Source of the DNA: Branchiostoma lanceolatum
Taxonomy: Eukaryota
Direction of reading: 5' to 3'
Length of the DNA: 64,000 bases
Assembly: GCF_035083965.1 (NCBI RefSeq)
Contig: NC_089740.1
Location: 9,044,596 to 9,108,595 of the forward strand
Part shown: piece after piece, positions 24,101-35,424 of the stretch
Position numbering within the stretch: the first letter of the stretch is position 1
Layout: each line of letters starts with the position of its first letter
Notes under the pieces: generated by a model
What the model saw: only the letters and a program-made list of their open reading frames with translations
Database searches by the model: none
What the model was told of the DNA's origin: nothing
Position numbers and translations under genes: made by a program

Positions 24101-24312
24101 CTGGCTTAGCCATCGGTCTGCTGATCCTGACCATCGCCCTAGGTCTCGGCGTGATGTTCATGCTGCAGCGCGGGTTCGACGGTGCCGCCAAGGCTCCCGC
24201 CGTGGCGCGCAGCGGGGGAGGAAACACCGCGCCTACCGAGGAGAAGGTGGCAGGCGGGCTGCCCACACAGATGGAAACCATCGAGGTTCCCACAGATGAT
24301 ACCAGTGCATAG
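24092..24312 (+). CDS. Novel membrane protein exon 16 (terminal): (G)AMAGLAIGLLILTIALGLGVMFMLQRGFDGAAKAPAVARSGGGNTAPTEEKVAGGLPTQMETIEVPTDDTSA*
   Basis: Acceptor cccgtag|. A 23-residue hydrophobic TM helix is followed by a basic stop-transfer RG and a ~50-aa cytoplasmic tail. TAG stop at 24310-24312. The full spliced CDS is 2118 nt (705 aa), with all 15 junctions canonical and in frame. Confidence 0.7.
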
Positions 24313-24492
24313 GTTGTGTATATTTGTAGTAGGAAACAAAAAAAAAATGTACTTAAGAAATGATACAAACAATTGACAGATAGGTAAATAGCAATTAAAT
24401 GGATGTTCGTTTCCAATTTTTTCTACAGGTTCACGAAAGTTAAGATTAATAGAATGGTTAAAGTAAGTGCTTTCTTGTATCCTTGCCCTTCC

Positions 24493-24498
24493 AAATAA
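24493..24498 (+). promoter_or_regulatory. AATAAA polyadenylation signal for the membrane-protein gene
   Basis: ccAAATAAAActg lies about 180 nt downstream of the stop codon. Confidence 0.5.
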
Positions 24499-25819
24499 AA
24501 CTGTAATTGTTGAAAATTCAAATATTTCAACAGTCAAAGCAAATTAAATGAATGACAAAATGAGTAGGTCAATTATAAAATATGTATATGTTGTAGTATG
24601 ATGCAAAATTTGTGAAATATATATGGAAAACACATAAACGTGAGTCAACATGATAAGTAAACTAAGTTTTATACAAGCTTCACGTGCCAAACAATTCCAG
24701 TATCTGTCATGCGGTGTAGCAGTGTACAGGGCCTGACAATTAAATCTTTCTTTAATTAAGAAATGGAATAGATTTCGAGTACAATGGTCAAGTCTATGTC
24801 CCAAGTGAACTGAGAAAAATATTTTAGTTTAGGTCTGAATGAGTATTTGATTTTGTTATATTGTACTAAAACTCACTCCCTGGCTGATAAATAACAAGTT
24901 TATAAAACAGTCAGTCTACCTAGTCCCTAATACCTATGATACCTAGTGTAGGCATATGTAATGGACGCGTGGCAAGAATTATTTGATTAAGTTTATTAGT
25001 AGCTCCTTAAAATGTTTTCAACATCTATCACTCTTGCCCTTTGTTATATTTTTCTTCAGAAAATGTAAATCAAGCAACACTCTGCTCCTCTATCTTACAA
25101 AACACAGTCCACCTTCAAGTTAATGACTGAAGAAACCATAAATGTATTTGGAAAGTATTTGGAAAGTTAATTGTTGCATGTAAAAGTTTTCCATCAGTGA
25201 CAATAAACTACAAAGTCTCAAACCTTCGTTATGCTGAAAACTATTCTTCTTCATAGGTCTTCCTCCAAATATTTCAGATATATCATGGTTTAGAATAAGC
25301 TGTTGAACTCCATATACTTGCTCAACTACGACTTTGAAAATATTTTTTGGACCACAGACCTCCAGAAATATGTGAAACAAAGTATCTCAGCATATGTTTG
25401 TACATGAATTTGCTAGACTTCATTACTAACATATATATTTTTTCGTTTTCATATTGTCTGCTTAGGATGTTGACAATGACATCTATAAACCGACTGACGG
25501 TTTCAACTGCGCAATCGCTAGGTCAAAGGTGAAGATCCCTAAGGTGTAATCAGTCAAGAACGTGCTAACTTCATGTCCAGACGTGTTTTGTTTATGTCTC
25601 AGGGGCTTTCAGCTTTGACATATTACCCACAATGCATCACAATGTACATCCGCAGTTGAAATCGTGAACCGCCTTATTATACTCGCATATGTTTTCGGGA
25701 TTACAGATATAAATGAATGTTCCGCAAGTTGTGAAACACGAAACTTTAGAACGATAGTCACAGTTCTGTACAATCATATGAAAACCTTTTAAAACCTGAC
25801 ATAAGACTAGTGCATCAAC

Positions 25820-26340
25820 TTCACGCGTATTCCTGTTTTCTCATTGTAGCCACAAGACCACTATAGACATGCCTTTTATATGGATTGAGTACATTAAACC
25901 AGTAAGCAAATCCTTTGAAACCTTCTTTGAGCCAACGATATCAAATTCACGTATTCATGTTTTCTCATTGTAGCCACAAGACCACTATAGATATAGCTCT
26001 TTTATGCATTGAGTGCATTGAACCTATAGGCAAATCCTTTGAAACCATCTTTGAGCCAAGGATATCAAATTCACGTATTCCTGTTTTGACAGTCTTTGAC
26101 AACTGAGTAATACTGTGCATTGAACTGTTTCAAAATTCACAGTAAGACTATCCTCCTAAATCCTTTGTCGCGACGAGCAAATCAAAGTCATATATTTCTG
26201 CTTTGTGATAATCCACACAAAGGAATAATCTATGGGTGCAGTTACGTGAAATAAACTGTCTCCAAATTCACTCTGAGTAAATCCCGTGAAACCCTACTTT
26301 GAGGCCAGCAAATCAAGTTCTTGCTATGTATTCTTGTTGT
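25820..26340. repeat. Degenerate tandem repeat, about 110-bp unit (…cacgtattcctgttttctcattgtagccacaagaccactatagatat…caaatcctttgaaacc…)
   Basis: Two near-identical units at 25830-25945 and 25945-26060, with diverged copies up to about 26340. Confidence 0.75.
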
Positions 26341-26807
26341 GACAATGTTGGCAATCGCTCTATGCATTTTACTTTCTGCCTATTCACTTTCGGGATTTGT
26401 TTTAAAATCTCTTTTTTTAAACTGACAAGTAGTAATATATGTTCCTACTTTCACAAGCTTTTTCACTGAGCATTTAGACACATTTCTGTGCATATCTTTC
26501 TCCAAATCCACTTGAATGAGTATGAAAGTCATTTGAAAGCCCGTTTGACAAAAGCAAACAGAATACGCATTGACGCTTTGACCATTTTGACCACTGAGCG
26601 ATGTACATAGTTCTGGGCCTTGATGCGTTTCCAAATAACAGCTTGTATATATCTCTGTACAAGGACTATAGGGAAATTACTATCTCACAGTTATATTACG
26701 GAAAGTTAGGAACTACAGCTATACGAATTGTACGTCCACAGCGCTTCAGGTACAAATTTGCTGATGACAACAACATCTTTTGACAGAAAGTTATTCATGG
26801 TGATTTG

Positions 26808-27212
26808 TCACTTTTCCGTGTCAGAATATGTGGAGTCGTCATCTTCCTTTTCCATATTTGACAGCCCATACATAAGTCCATTGGATGCCGCCTGGTCGTC
26901 ATAGCAACCCTTCTCCACCTCTTCGCACAGCGCATGCGTGCTATCAGTCTGCTCTTCACTCATTGGTCCTTGCGTGAGATTGTTGTCATGACAACTGTCT
27001 GTAGAGCCGTTCACGATCTGTAGAAGACCTGGGTCTCTTCTCAGACCCTCGATAAACTCCCGCAGAATGAGAAACCCGTCTTGGTCGCTGTCAAGACGTT
27101 CGAAAATCTTCTCTGTCACGTCCTGGATGTGGTCCTCTCGTTCCCGACGTTCCTGGGCCTGCAGCAGTTCGTCGATGTTGGTTTCTTGAGGGAGTCGGAT
27201 GTCCTGAAGAAA
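26808..27212 (-). CDS. NCS-family EF-hand protein terminal exon: FLQDIRLPQETNIDELLQAQERREREDHIQDVTEKIFERLDSDQDGFLILREFIEGLRRDPGLLQIVNG..., plus a ~65-aa acidic Ser/Asp/Glu-rich tail, then stop
   Basis: Minus strand. Acceptor tcttttttattttgcag|TTTCTT. The 4th EF loop DSDQDGFLILRE and the segment REFIEGLRRDPGLLQ resemble NCS-1 QEFQEGSKADPSIVQ. TGA stop at 26808-26810. Confidence 0.7.
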   Translation of the reverse strand, partial: FLQDIRLPQETNIDELLQAQERREREDHIQDVTEKIFERLDSDQDGFLILREFIEGLRRDPGLLQIVNGSTDSCHDNNLTQGPMSEEQTDSTHALCEEVEKGCYDDQAASNGLMYGLSNMEKEDDDSTYSDTEK

Positions 27213-28044
27213 CTGCAAAATAAAAAAGACATGTTAGTGTTTTCAGTCTGTGTGATATTTTGTTCTGTGTGTGTTATGTTCGATTCATGGATTCGATTCT
27301 TGGCATTCCCGGCTAGACGTTGTGTCCTTTGCAAAGACACTTTGCACGACGTTCCTCACTTCACGCAAGTTTGATACTTTGAGGAGTTGAAAGGCAGCAG
27401 ACGGAGAGGGATGGGCACCACCTTCCGACAAGGTGGGTTGTTATCTATAGCCCCCTACATGCAGACACAGAGGATAACGGCCCACCGCCCCTACGCCCTC
27501 TAAAACGCTACGGGACTACATTTACCTTAACCTTTTTATAACCCCATCCAACAGAGTCGTGTGACAAGCTCACATATAGCAGCAACGTTTGAAGTTATAA
27601 CAAATATCCTATAGTCACACGACTGCAACTTCCGTACTGATAGCTCTCTAACATTCTGACATTCTGCTACTGCCTTCTGGTGCCCCTTTGCCATTTTGAG
27701 TGCGTCCAAACTGAATCGTCCGCCATACTCGAAATGGCTCCATTAGGTACCCACGCCTGCTGGGAGTCTTTTAGAGTTAGAGTTTTCCCCCTAGCTTTTT
27801 GCAAATGCCATGCTTGGGGTAATGTAGATGTAACGTACAGAGAACGTGGTGTAATGGAAGGGGTAATGAATGTCGATACACGGCCAGTGCATCAGCCTAG
27901 TGGGTAGAGTGCTCGATCGCATACAACCCCGACTTTATAAATGGTACCTAACTTCTTTAACTGATCAGTACTCGGGACTTATTGGAAAGAGTATGGTAGT
28001 TGTCCAGTTAGCAGTCTTGTCAATGATCAGCCATGATTTTAACA

Positions 28045-28070
28045 CAGACGCACATACACACACACACACA

Positions 28071-28120
<50 letters not shown>

Positions 28121-28132
28121 AACACACACACA
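28045..28132. repeat. (CA)n compound microsatellite
   Basis: cacatacacacacacacacagacacacaca... Confidence 0.9.
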
Positions 28133-30310
28133 TGCATCGTTTCCAAGAAACATAGGAATAGACTTTTCACAAAATTCCTGCCCTTGTTACTTTGTATCTA
28201 TTGATTGCTCTGGTAGGTAGTTTGACACCGTTTCCCTCAATAACTAAAGCAGTTGGATTTCTTCCGATGGCATTGTTATGGATGAATTAGCTCGTTAAAA
28301 TCTATGATTGATTGCCCTTTCAATGATAGTCTAAAAGTCATTTATCATCGCAGACATGGATCACAAAAAGTGCTGAAGGTCTCTGACACAACACTTCGTT
28401 ATATTAGAAGCCCCCTCCCCCCAAGACACCCGACGCATTTTCACTAGGAGTCCTTTTCGCACCTTCCAATGCATCTCTACTCAACAGGGACGACACCTTT
28501 TGCTTTCACTATCCCATTGAAGGTCGTTTCATCAACCCCCGACATTTCAATAAGATTTTTTGCAGCACTTCACAAAATGTTAAAGTGTCTAGAGGATGGT
28601 AAGTAGGCGGCACTGTGGTGCTGTGGTTCGGAATATTGACTTAGAATCTAAAGGTTCTTAGTTTCAATCCCTAGCGGGCACGAAGGTTATGCAATTGGGA
28701 AAAGAACTTAGCACCTATTCCCACAGGTTAAGAGGCGTACCTGGCCCTGGTTAGAGACGTAATCTCGGATGGGACGCCAAGCTGGAGGTAACGTGTTTGA
28801 GTAGAGCAACATGACGAATCCACTACACTATTATTGAAAAGAGTAGGACGTGCTTGGATCAAACCTTACAGTCCGGTCTTACCTAGCTTGTTCTTCCTTA
28901 TTGTACAAAACTGGTGTTTTATGCCTTAAAGCAGATTTATTGATTATGCGAAAAAACAAATTAAACAAACAAACGTTTGCTCAATCTTCTGTAACAGTCT
29001 ATAGAATATGAGTAAACAGTGATACAAAAATCAGAAAAATTATATTAAGTTTGGGACTATAGGAATTAAGGAATTTCATTCAACAGATTAAAGATCGCGG
29101 ATTAGTATCAAATATATCAACTAACTAATGAACATATAACGACACATTTTTCATTTTGATTTTACGAGTGTCGCACAGACCACAGCGTAACCATCAACGC
29201 AAAAAAATAAATCACTCTCTTTCATATCGTCTCTTGTTTTGTCACTTTTATTGCTGTAACAAGCTTTCTCTTCCAGATTTTATGTGGCACGACAATCTAA
29301 ACCACCCGTGTTGAACTTTGAACCCCCGAGTGCTGTTTAATATTGGCGTGTGGGTGTCTGTATTTCCATGGAGTGCTGCAGGCGTTCGGTACAGTCAGTC
29401 TTAAGGGATTGTCTAAGTGCGAGAGGTTTGCCGAGTCAGCCATGTACTCTTGTTGCCAGAGGTGCCCGGAGAGCTCGTTAACAACAAACTCCTTCATCAA
29501 AACAGCAAACATTTTGACACCACTCTGTGGTAAAGTGCCTTACTGATGATTTAAAACCTTGACAAGCCCATATTTTGTTGGTTAAAGAAAGCCACGTTAT
29601 TAGAGAGCAGTGTTTCCATCGTGAAATTTGTTCTTTAGCCTGGTTGATATGATAAATAGGCACTAAGGATCAGCAGGCTTGTTAAAACTGCGACCTAAGG
29701 TGTGCGGGTCAGCTTTAGGACTCTACTCTGCTTAAAGTCAATGACCTACTTCTTTGTTGTTGAAATGAAAAGGAATTATTCACGCAACATTTTGACAGTG
29801 TTTTTTTTTAGGATTCACAAACATGAAAAGCCGAAAACGACCCAAGCATTTCTAGTTAGTCCCTTCCTGGAAAAAATTCTCACCTCTTCTTACAAATATA
29901 CTTGAAAGTGAAGTGACAATTTTATTACTTCTGATAAAAAAAGTAATAATAACATCGTTACTCCGCAGAGGGGTAAAGTGTATAGCCACCTACAACATTA
30001 ACAAAAGACGTACTTGGTGTTTTCCAAACGCCCGCGGGAGATTGAAACGGCGAAACCCTTTGATCACTTTGCGTCGTTCCAGCCTGTGATTGAAGGAAAT
30101 AACTGAAATCATAAATTCGCGTTTGTTGCAGGCGGATTTGTGAATATTCATATCTCCGATTAATAAGACGCGTAGCAAAGCTACCTTACATCGCGTCGCC
30201 GCCACCGCGGTTGGTTATTTAACATCCGCTCAAAATAAGCACACAGCCAGCCTGTACCACACAATCTCTCGCTGTCAGGGTCCTGTCAGACCGTCAGGCC
30301 AGTGCACAGC

Positions 30311-30447
30311 ATGGCGACAGTACGCTGCGTTCAGCTTCTGTGCGCGAGTCTAGTGATCTTTTGTACCGACAAGATCGTGGCAGGTGCCAGTGATGTCATC
30401 GGGGAGAAAGGCGGCTTGCCCACAGACTGTGCTGCTGTGAAAAGCGG
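30311..30447 (+). CDS. Fibrinogen-related-domain protein A, exon 1: MATVRCVQLLCASLVIFCTDKIVAGASDVIGEKGGLPTDCAAVKS(G), signal peptide
   Basis: ATG plus a hydrophobic signal peptide. Donor GG|gtgagt. Confidence 0.7.
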
Positions 30448-30494
30448 GTGAGTTTTATAGAAGCATTTAGAACTGTCGAGAATATTGATAACTA

Positions 30495-30665
30495 TGCGTG
30501 TCTCGGTGTCCACGTGTATGTGGATGTGTGTGTGTGTTTGTGTATTTGTGTGTGCGCGCGCGCGCGTGTGTGTGCGTATGTGTATGTTTGTTTATATGTA
30601 TGTATGTGTGAGTATCTGTGTGTGCGTGCGTGTGCATGTCTGTCTGTCTGTTTGTGTGTGTTTGT
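30495..30665. repeat. Imperfect (GT/GTGC/GTAT)n microsatellite in intron 1 of FReD gene A. The paralogous tract in gene B is at 33960-34100.
   Basis: gtgtatgtggatgtgtgtgtgtgtttgtgtatttgtgtgtgcgcgcgcgcgtgtgtgtgcgtatg... Confidence 0.85.
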
Positions 30666-30781
30666 ATTGAATCATTTATCATTATTTGTTCAGTCACGAA
30701 AATAAATTCGAACGTTATGATCTAGTCATATTGTAAACCGGGTCAACTTAATTACGACACCACTGTTCGCCTCTGTTTCAG

Positions 30782-30939
30782 GACTTGGAGCTACACCTTC
30801 CGCACACCTGCGGGTTTTCTGGCCGCGACGCATCTGCAGCGGCCCCGAGCCACCTGCGAGCAGCTGAAACAGCACCTGGAGACAGCCGGAGGGATGTTGG
30901 AACAGACCCAGATGGTCCTCGAACCTCCGGAGATGAAGG
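30782..30939 (+). CDS. FReD protein A exon 2: (G)TWSYTFRTPAGFLAATHLQRPRATCEQLKQHLETAGGMLEQTQMVLEPPEMK, linker
   Basis: Acceptor ctgtttcag| and donor G|gtagga. The frame is supported by paralogue comparison: 2 synonymous and 2 nonsynonymous differences against copy B in this frame. A longer antisense ORF overlaps this exon and is rejected. Confidence 0.6.
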
Positions 30940-31313
30940 GTAGGAAAGGCCAACATATCCTCCTGATGCAAGATAGACTCGTACTCTTACGGGCTAAAGC
31001 TAAAAAAGCTTGGATGCCAGGCTATGTACAAAGCTTTCATCATTTCAATAAAAGTGATTGTAGCACTCGTTTGATTACACCAAAAGTTAGGACCAAAATC
31101 ATATTTTTATTGAGCTATTTTATTGACAATCCTCACTATACAAACGCTTTATTTTATCTGGAAAGGGTGACGACGCACTGGTAAATTGTGTTCTAGATGT
31201 ATTTGATTGCTTATCTTTGCAATGTATAACGGCACCGTGGAAAAGGGTAGTACTCCTATAGTGTCATAGTGTTTAAGCTTGAAAGCTAACGTATTGATTG
31301 CTTTGTTCTCCAG

Positions 31314-31960
31314 ATTGCTCGGCCATTTTCCATTGGTTGAACGGGAAGGCCATAAGCGGCGTGTACAACATCCGCCCGGCGGGGGCAAACCGAACCGTCC
31401 CCGCCTACTGTCGCATGGCAGGTGGTGAAGGCTGGACCGTGCTACAGCGGCGTCAGGACGGCTCCGTCGACTTCTTCCGCACCTGGGCCGAGTACAAGCG
31501 CGCCTTCGGCGACCCGGCCACGGAGTTCTGGCTCGGCAACGACAACATCCACCTCCTGACCAACCAGGCTGGGTACAAGCTGAGGGTGGACTTGGAGACG
31601 TGTGACGGGAAAGCGACCTACGCCCAGTACAGGATCTTCTCCATCGCAGACGAAGCCTCGGCCTACAAGATGACGGAGGCGGCCGGCTACAGCGGAACCG
31701 CCGGCAACGCTTTCTTGCGACTCAAGGGTAATCCCTTTATCACAAGGGACAGGGACAGCAAGACCAAGATAGCCAGTAAGTTTAGAACCGCGGGGTGGCT
31801 ATACAGGTGGACTGTAGGCAACCTGAACGGCGAGTACTACACTCCGCAAACCGCGCCGACCAAAACCAAAGGGTTATCCGGAATGAGGTGGTACACGAAC
31901 AGATTTAAGTTCCCCTTAGTGAAGTTTGTTGAGATGAGGATCGCCCCTAACAATACATAA
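31314..31960 (+). CDS. FReD protein A exon 3: fibrinogen C-terminal globular domain (DCSAIFHWLNGKAISGVYNIRPAG...GWTVLQRRQDGSVDFFRTWAEYKRAFGDPATEFWLGNDNIHLLT...VEMRIAPNNT*)
   Basis: Acceptor tctccag| in phase 1. Classic FReD motifs are present: DCxxI start, GGGWTVxQRRxDGSxxF, EFWLGNDxIxxLT, NLNG and a C-terminal EM(R/K)I(A/R)P. The spliced protein is 313 aa. TAA stop at 31958-31960. Confidence 0.85.
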
Positions 31961-32984
31961 ATGTTGTTTCGAGATTTTTGACGTCAGGGTATGGTCACTT
32001 TCGTCATACGATTGGTTGACAACTACACTAAATCATGTTCGTAGACGTGTTGTACAACATGCAGCTGTCTTGTGAGGTTGTCGTGGATCCTTGTCAACGA
32101 CCGATTCTTTCACAGCTTTGCTGAAATTCTACGACAAAAACGACGAAAGTGACCGTGTACCTGTACCCTTTGCCTTCTGTAGTACAATGTATAGCCACAT
32201 TGTCACTTACAATCTGTTTTTACTAGAGGCTGCGACCATGCTGCGACCACTCAGCGACCAAAGATTTTACAGATAGCTCAACAAATTTCATGGATAAACT
32301 ACACATTTTCTGACATTTTGTGGGGTTTTACTGTCTGTTAAATTACCCATTTAAATCTTGCATCATATTCCACTATAAAATCAAGGTATACAAAAATCCA
32401 GTGTTGGTCGCTGTACCGTTGCTCAGCGATCGCGAAGAAGCAGAATATCCCTAGTAACTTCTAGAGTTTCAAATTTTTTTTTTTTTAGGGAGCTATCTGC
32501 ATACAGTGGCTACACTATGTAAATGAACGACCAGTATTTAGATGCTGGGAGAATGTTTCGCTACCGTATACACCGTTCTGCTTTGGTAGACTTCTTCATC
32601 ACGCACAAAGTGAAAGCGTTGTGGTAGACCAATTTACTTGGAAATTGGAAATATTTTTCTCTTGATGGCTAACATATTTCATGAGTAAATCCGTCCTGTG
32701 TTATTGCATTCCGTAGGTCTCAGACATAATGTGCTGTAGCACATCACAGAAACTGAAGTATTTAGAATTCTAATTGTTGTCGGGAGTATGCCTGATGTTT
32801 TCTGATATTAATCAGGATTACGTGAAAAAGTGTTCCCATGGCTTTCAGTCATTGTAACGCTAATATTGATATCAAGCATTGATAAAGATAAGGCACCTTG
32901 ATCATGATGAGTCAACTTGTTTCCGATGTGTTTACTTTGAATACAACTCACTGATCTACATGCGCTGGCATGAACATGTGCACA

Positions 32985-32995
32985 TGTGTGTGTGT

Positions 32996-33045
<50 letters not shown>

Positions 33046-33052
33046 ACGTGTG
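32985..33052. repeat. (GT)n microsatellite at the junction of the two FReD duplication units. The paralogous tract is at 36495-36585.
   Basis: Long perfect GT run. Confidence 0.9.
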
Positions 33053-33713
33053 TATTCTCGAAATTTGAGTTATGCCAATTGCTTACGAGCCGACTGCGAC
33101 CTGAGGTGTGCGGGTCAGCTTTAGGACTCTGCTCTGCTTAAAGTCAGCGACCTACTTCTTTGTTGTTGAAATGAAAAGGAATTATTCACGAAACATTTCG
33201 ACAGTGTTTTTTTTAGAATTCACAGACATGAAGAGCCGAAACTGGCGACGCAAGCATTTATAGTTAGTCCCTTCCTGGAAAAAATTCTCCCCTCTTCTTA
33301 CAAATACACTTGAGAGTGAAGTGACAACTTTATTACTTCTGATAAAAAAGTAATAATAACATCGTTACTCCGCAGAGGGGTAAAGTGTATAACCACCTAC
33401 AACATTAACAAAAGACGTACTTAGTGTTTTCCAAACGCCTGCGGGAGATTGAACGTAACCCTTTAATCATTTTGCTTCGTTCCAGCTTGTGATTGAAGGA
33501 AATAACTGAAATCATAAATTCGCGTTTGTTGCAGGTGGGTTCGTGCATATTCATATCTCCGATTAATAAGACGCGTAGCAAAGCTAGCTTACATCACGTC
33601 GCTGCCACCGCGGTTGTGTATTAAACATTACACACAGCTAGCCTGCGTCACACAAGCTCTCGCTGCCAGGGGCCGGTCGGTCGGCAGCTAAGGCCGTCGG
33701 GCCAGTGCACAGC

Positions 33714-33838
33714 ATGGCAACAGCACGCTGCGTCCAGTTTCTGTGCGTGAGTCTAGTGATCTTTTGTACCGGCAAGACCGTGGCAGGTGCCGGCGACGTC
33801 ATCGGGTGGTCTACAGACTGCGCTGCCGTGAAGAGCGG
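33714..33838 (+). CDS. FReD protein B, exon 1: MATARCVQFLCVSLVIFCTGKTVAGAGDVIGWSTDCAAVKS(G)
   Basis: Paralogue of the exon at 30311. It is 12 nt shorter. Donor GG|gtgagt. Confidence 0.7.
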
Positions 33839-34201
33839 GTGAGTTTTTGTCGAATTATTTAGAATGTGAACTAACTATGCGGAATATTGATAGAAGGGAA
33901 ATGGAAGACGATTGATTTTTACCTCTCCTGAGTGCCTGATACATTTATCATGGTACATTAAAGTGTGTGTGTGTGTGCGTGTGTTAGCGTGTGTATGTGT
34001 ATGTGTTAGCGTGTGTGTGTGTATGTGTGCGTGTGTGTGTGTGTGTTAGCGTTTGTGTGTGTGTGTGTATGTGTGTGTGCGTCTGTGTGTGCCTGTTTGT
34101 GCGTATAGTTATGTATCGTTATTTGTTAAGTCAATAAACTTAGTTCAAAAGTAAGGACTTGGTAATGTTGGTGACACTAGTAGTGTCCGCTTCTGTTTCA
34201 G

Positions 34202-34359
34202 GACCTGGAGCTACACCTTCCGCACACCTGCGGGTTTTCTGGCCGCGACGCACCTGCAGCGGCCCCGAGCCACCTGCGAGCAGCTGAAACAGCACCTGGA
34301 GACAGCCGGAGGGATGTTGGAACAGACCAAGAGGGTCCTCGAACCTCCGGAGATGAAGG
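34202..34359 (+). CDS. FReD protein B exon 2: (G)TWSYTFRTPAGFLAATHLQRPRATCEQLKQHLETAGGMLEQTKRVLEPPEMK
   Basis: Same splice sites as paralogue A. Confidence 0.6.
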
Positions 34360-34765
34360 GTAGGAAAGGCCAACATATCCTCCTGATTTAAGATAAACTC
34401 GTACCCAGCCTTCTTACGGGCTGTAGCTAAAAAAATGTCTGAATGCCAGGCTATGTACAAAGCTTTCATCATTTCAATAAAAGTGATTATAGCACTCGTT
34501 CGATTACGCATCTAGCATAGATGCAATTTCACCAAAAGTTAGGATCAAAATCATATTTTCATTGAGCTATATTATTGACAAGCCTCACTATACAAACGCT
34601 TTATTTTATCTGAAAAGGGTGACGACGCACTGGTAAATTGTGGTCTAGACGTATTTGATTGCTTATCTTTGCAATGTATAACGGCACCGTGGAAAAGAGT
34701 AGTACTCCTATAGTGTCATAGTGTTTAAGCTTAAAAGCTAACGTATTGATTGCTTTTTTCTCCAG

Positions 34766-35424
34766 ATTGCTCGGCCATTTTCCAGTGGTTGAACGGGAAG
34801 GCCATAAGCGGCGTGTACAACATCCGCCCGGCGGGGGCAAACCGAACCGTCCCCGCCTACTGTCGCATGGCAGGTGGTGAAGGCTGGACCGTGCTCCAGC
34901 GGCGTCAGGACGGCTCCGTCGACTTCTTCCGCACCTGGGCCGAGTACAAGCGCGGCTTCGGCGACCCGACCACGGAGTTCTGGCTCGGCAACGACAACAT
35001 CCACCTGCTGACCAACCAGGCTGAGTACAAGCTGAGGGTGGACTTGGAGACGTTTGACGGGAAAGCGACCTACGCCCAGTACAAGATCTTCTCCATCGCA
35101 GACGAAGCCTCGGCCTACAAGATGACGGAGGCGGCCGGCTACAGCGGAACCGCCGGCACCGCTTTCTTGCGACTCAAGGGTAAGCCCTTCATCACAAGGG
35201 ACAGGGACAGCAAGACCAAGATAGCCAGTAAGTTTAGAACCGCGGGGTGGCTATACACCTCGTATTCCGGCAACCTGAACGGTGTGTACCACACCCCGCA
35301 AACCGCGCCGACCAAAACCACCATGATCCTCGATGCTATCAGGTGGTCCCGAAGGAAAACATACGGATCTAAGTTCCGCTTACTGAAGTTTGTTGAGATG
35401 AGGATCGCACCTAACGTTACATAG
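34766..35424 (+). CDS. FReD protein B exon 3: fibrinogen C-terminal globular domain, with a divergent C-terminal about 50 aa (…AGWLYTSYSGNLNGVYHTPQTAPTKTTMILDAIRWSRRKTYGSKFRLLKFVEMRIAPNVT*)
   Basis: Acceptor tctccag|. The frame matches the ORF track (34750..35424). The spliced protein is 313 aa. Confidence 0.85.

Noticed and set aside
23874-24416. 180-aa minus-strand ORF
   Set aside because: It is antisense to the reiterated TM-exon array. The repeat structure mirrors the sense-strand copies.
30726-30971. Minus-strand ORFs overlapping FReD exon 2 (the same at 34140-34511) and exon 3 (31149-31388, 34601-34840)
   Set aside because: They are antisense to exons with strong sense-strand homology and splice sites. 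They arise from the GC-rich coding sequence lacking stops on the opposite strand.
32091-32276. 61-aa ORF MSTTDSFTALLKFYDKNDESDRVPVPF..., duplicated at 35563-35748
   Set aside because: Its conservation is explained by the very recent 3.4-kb tandem duplication, since the flanking non-coding sequence is equally conserved. It has no start context, splice partners or homology. It is probably 3'-flank or UTR sequence of the FReD genes.
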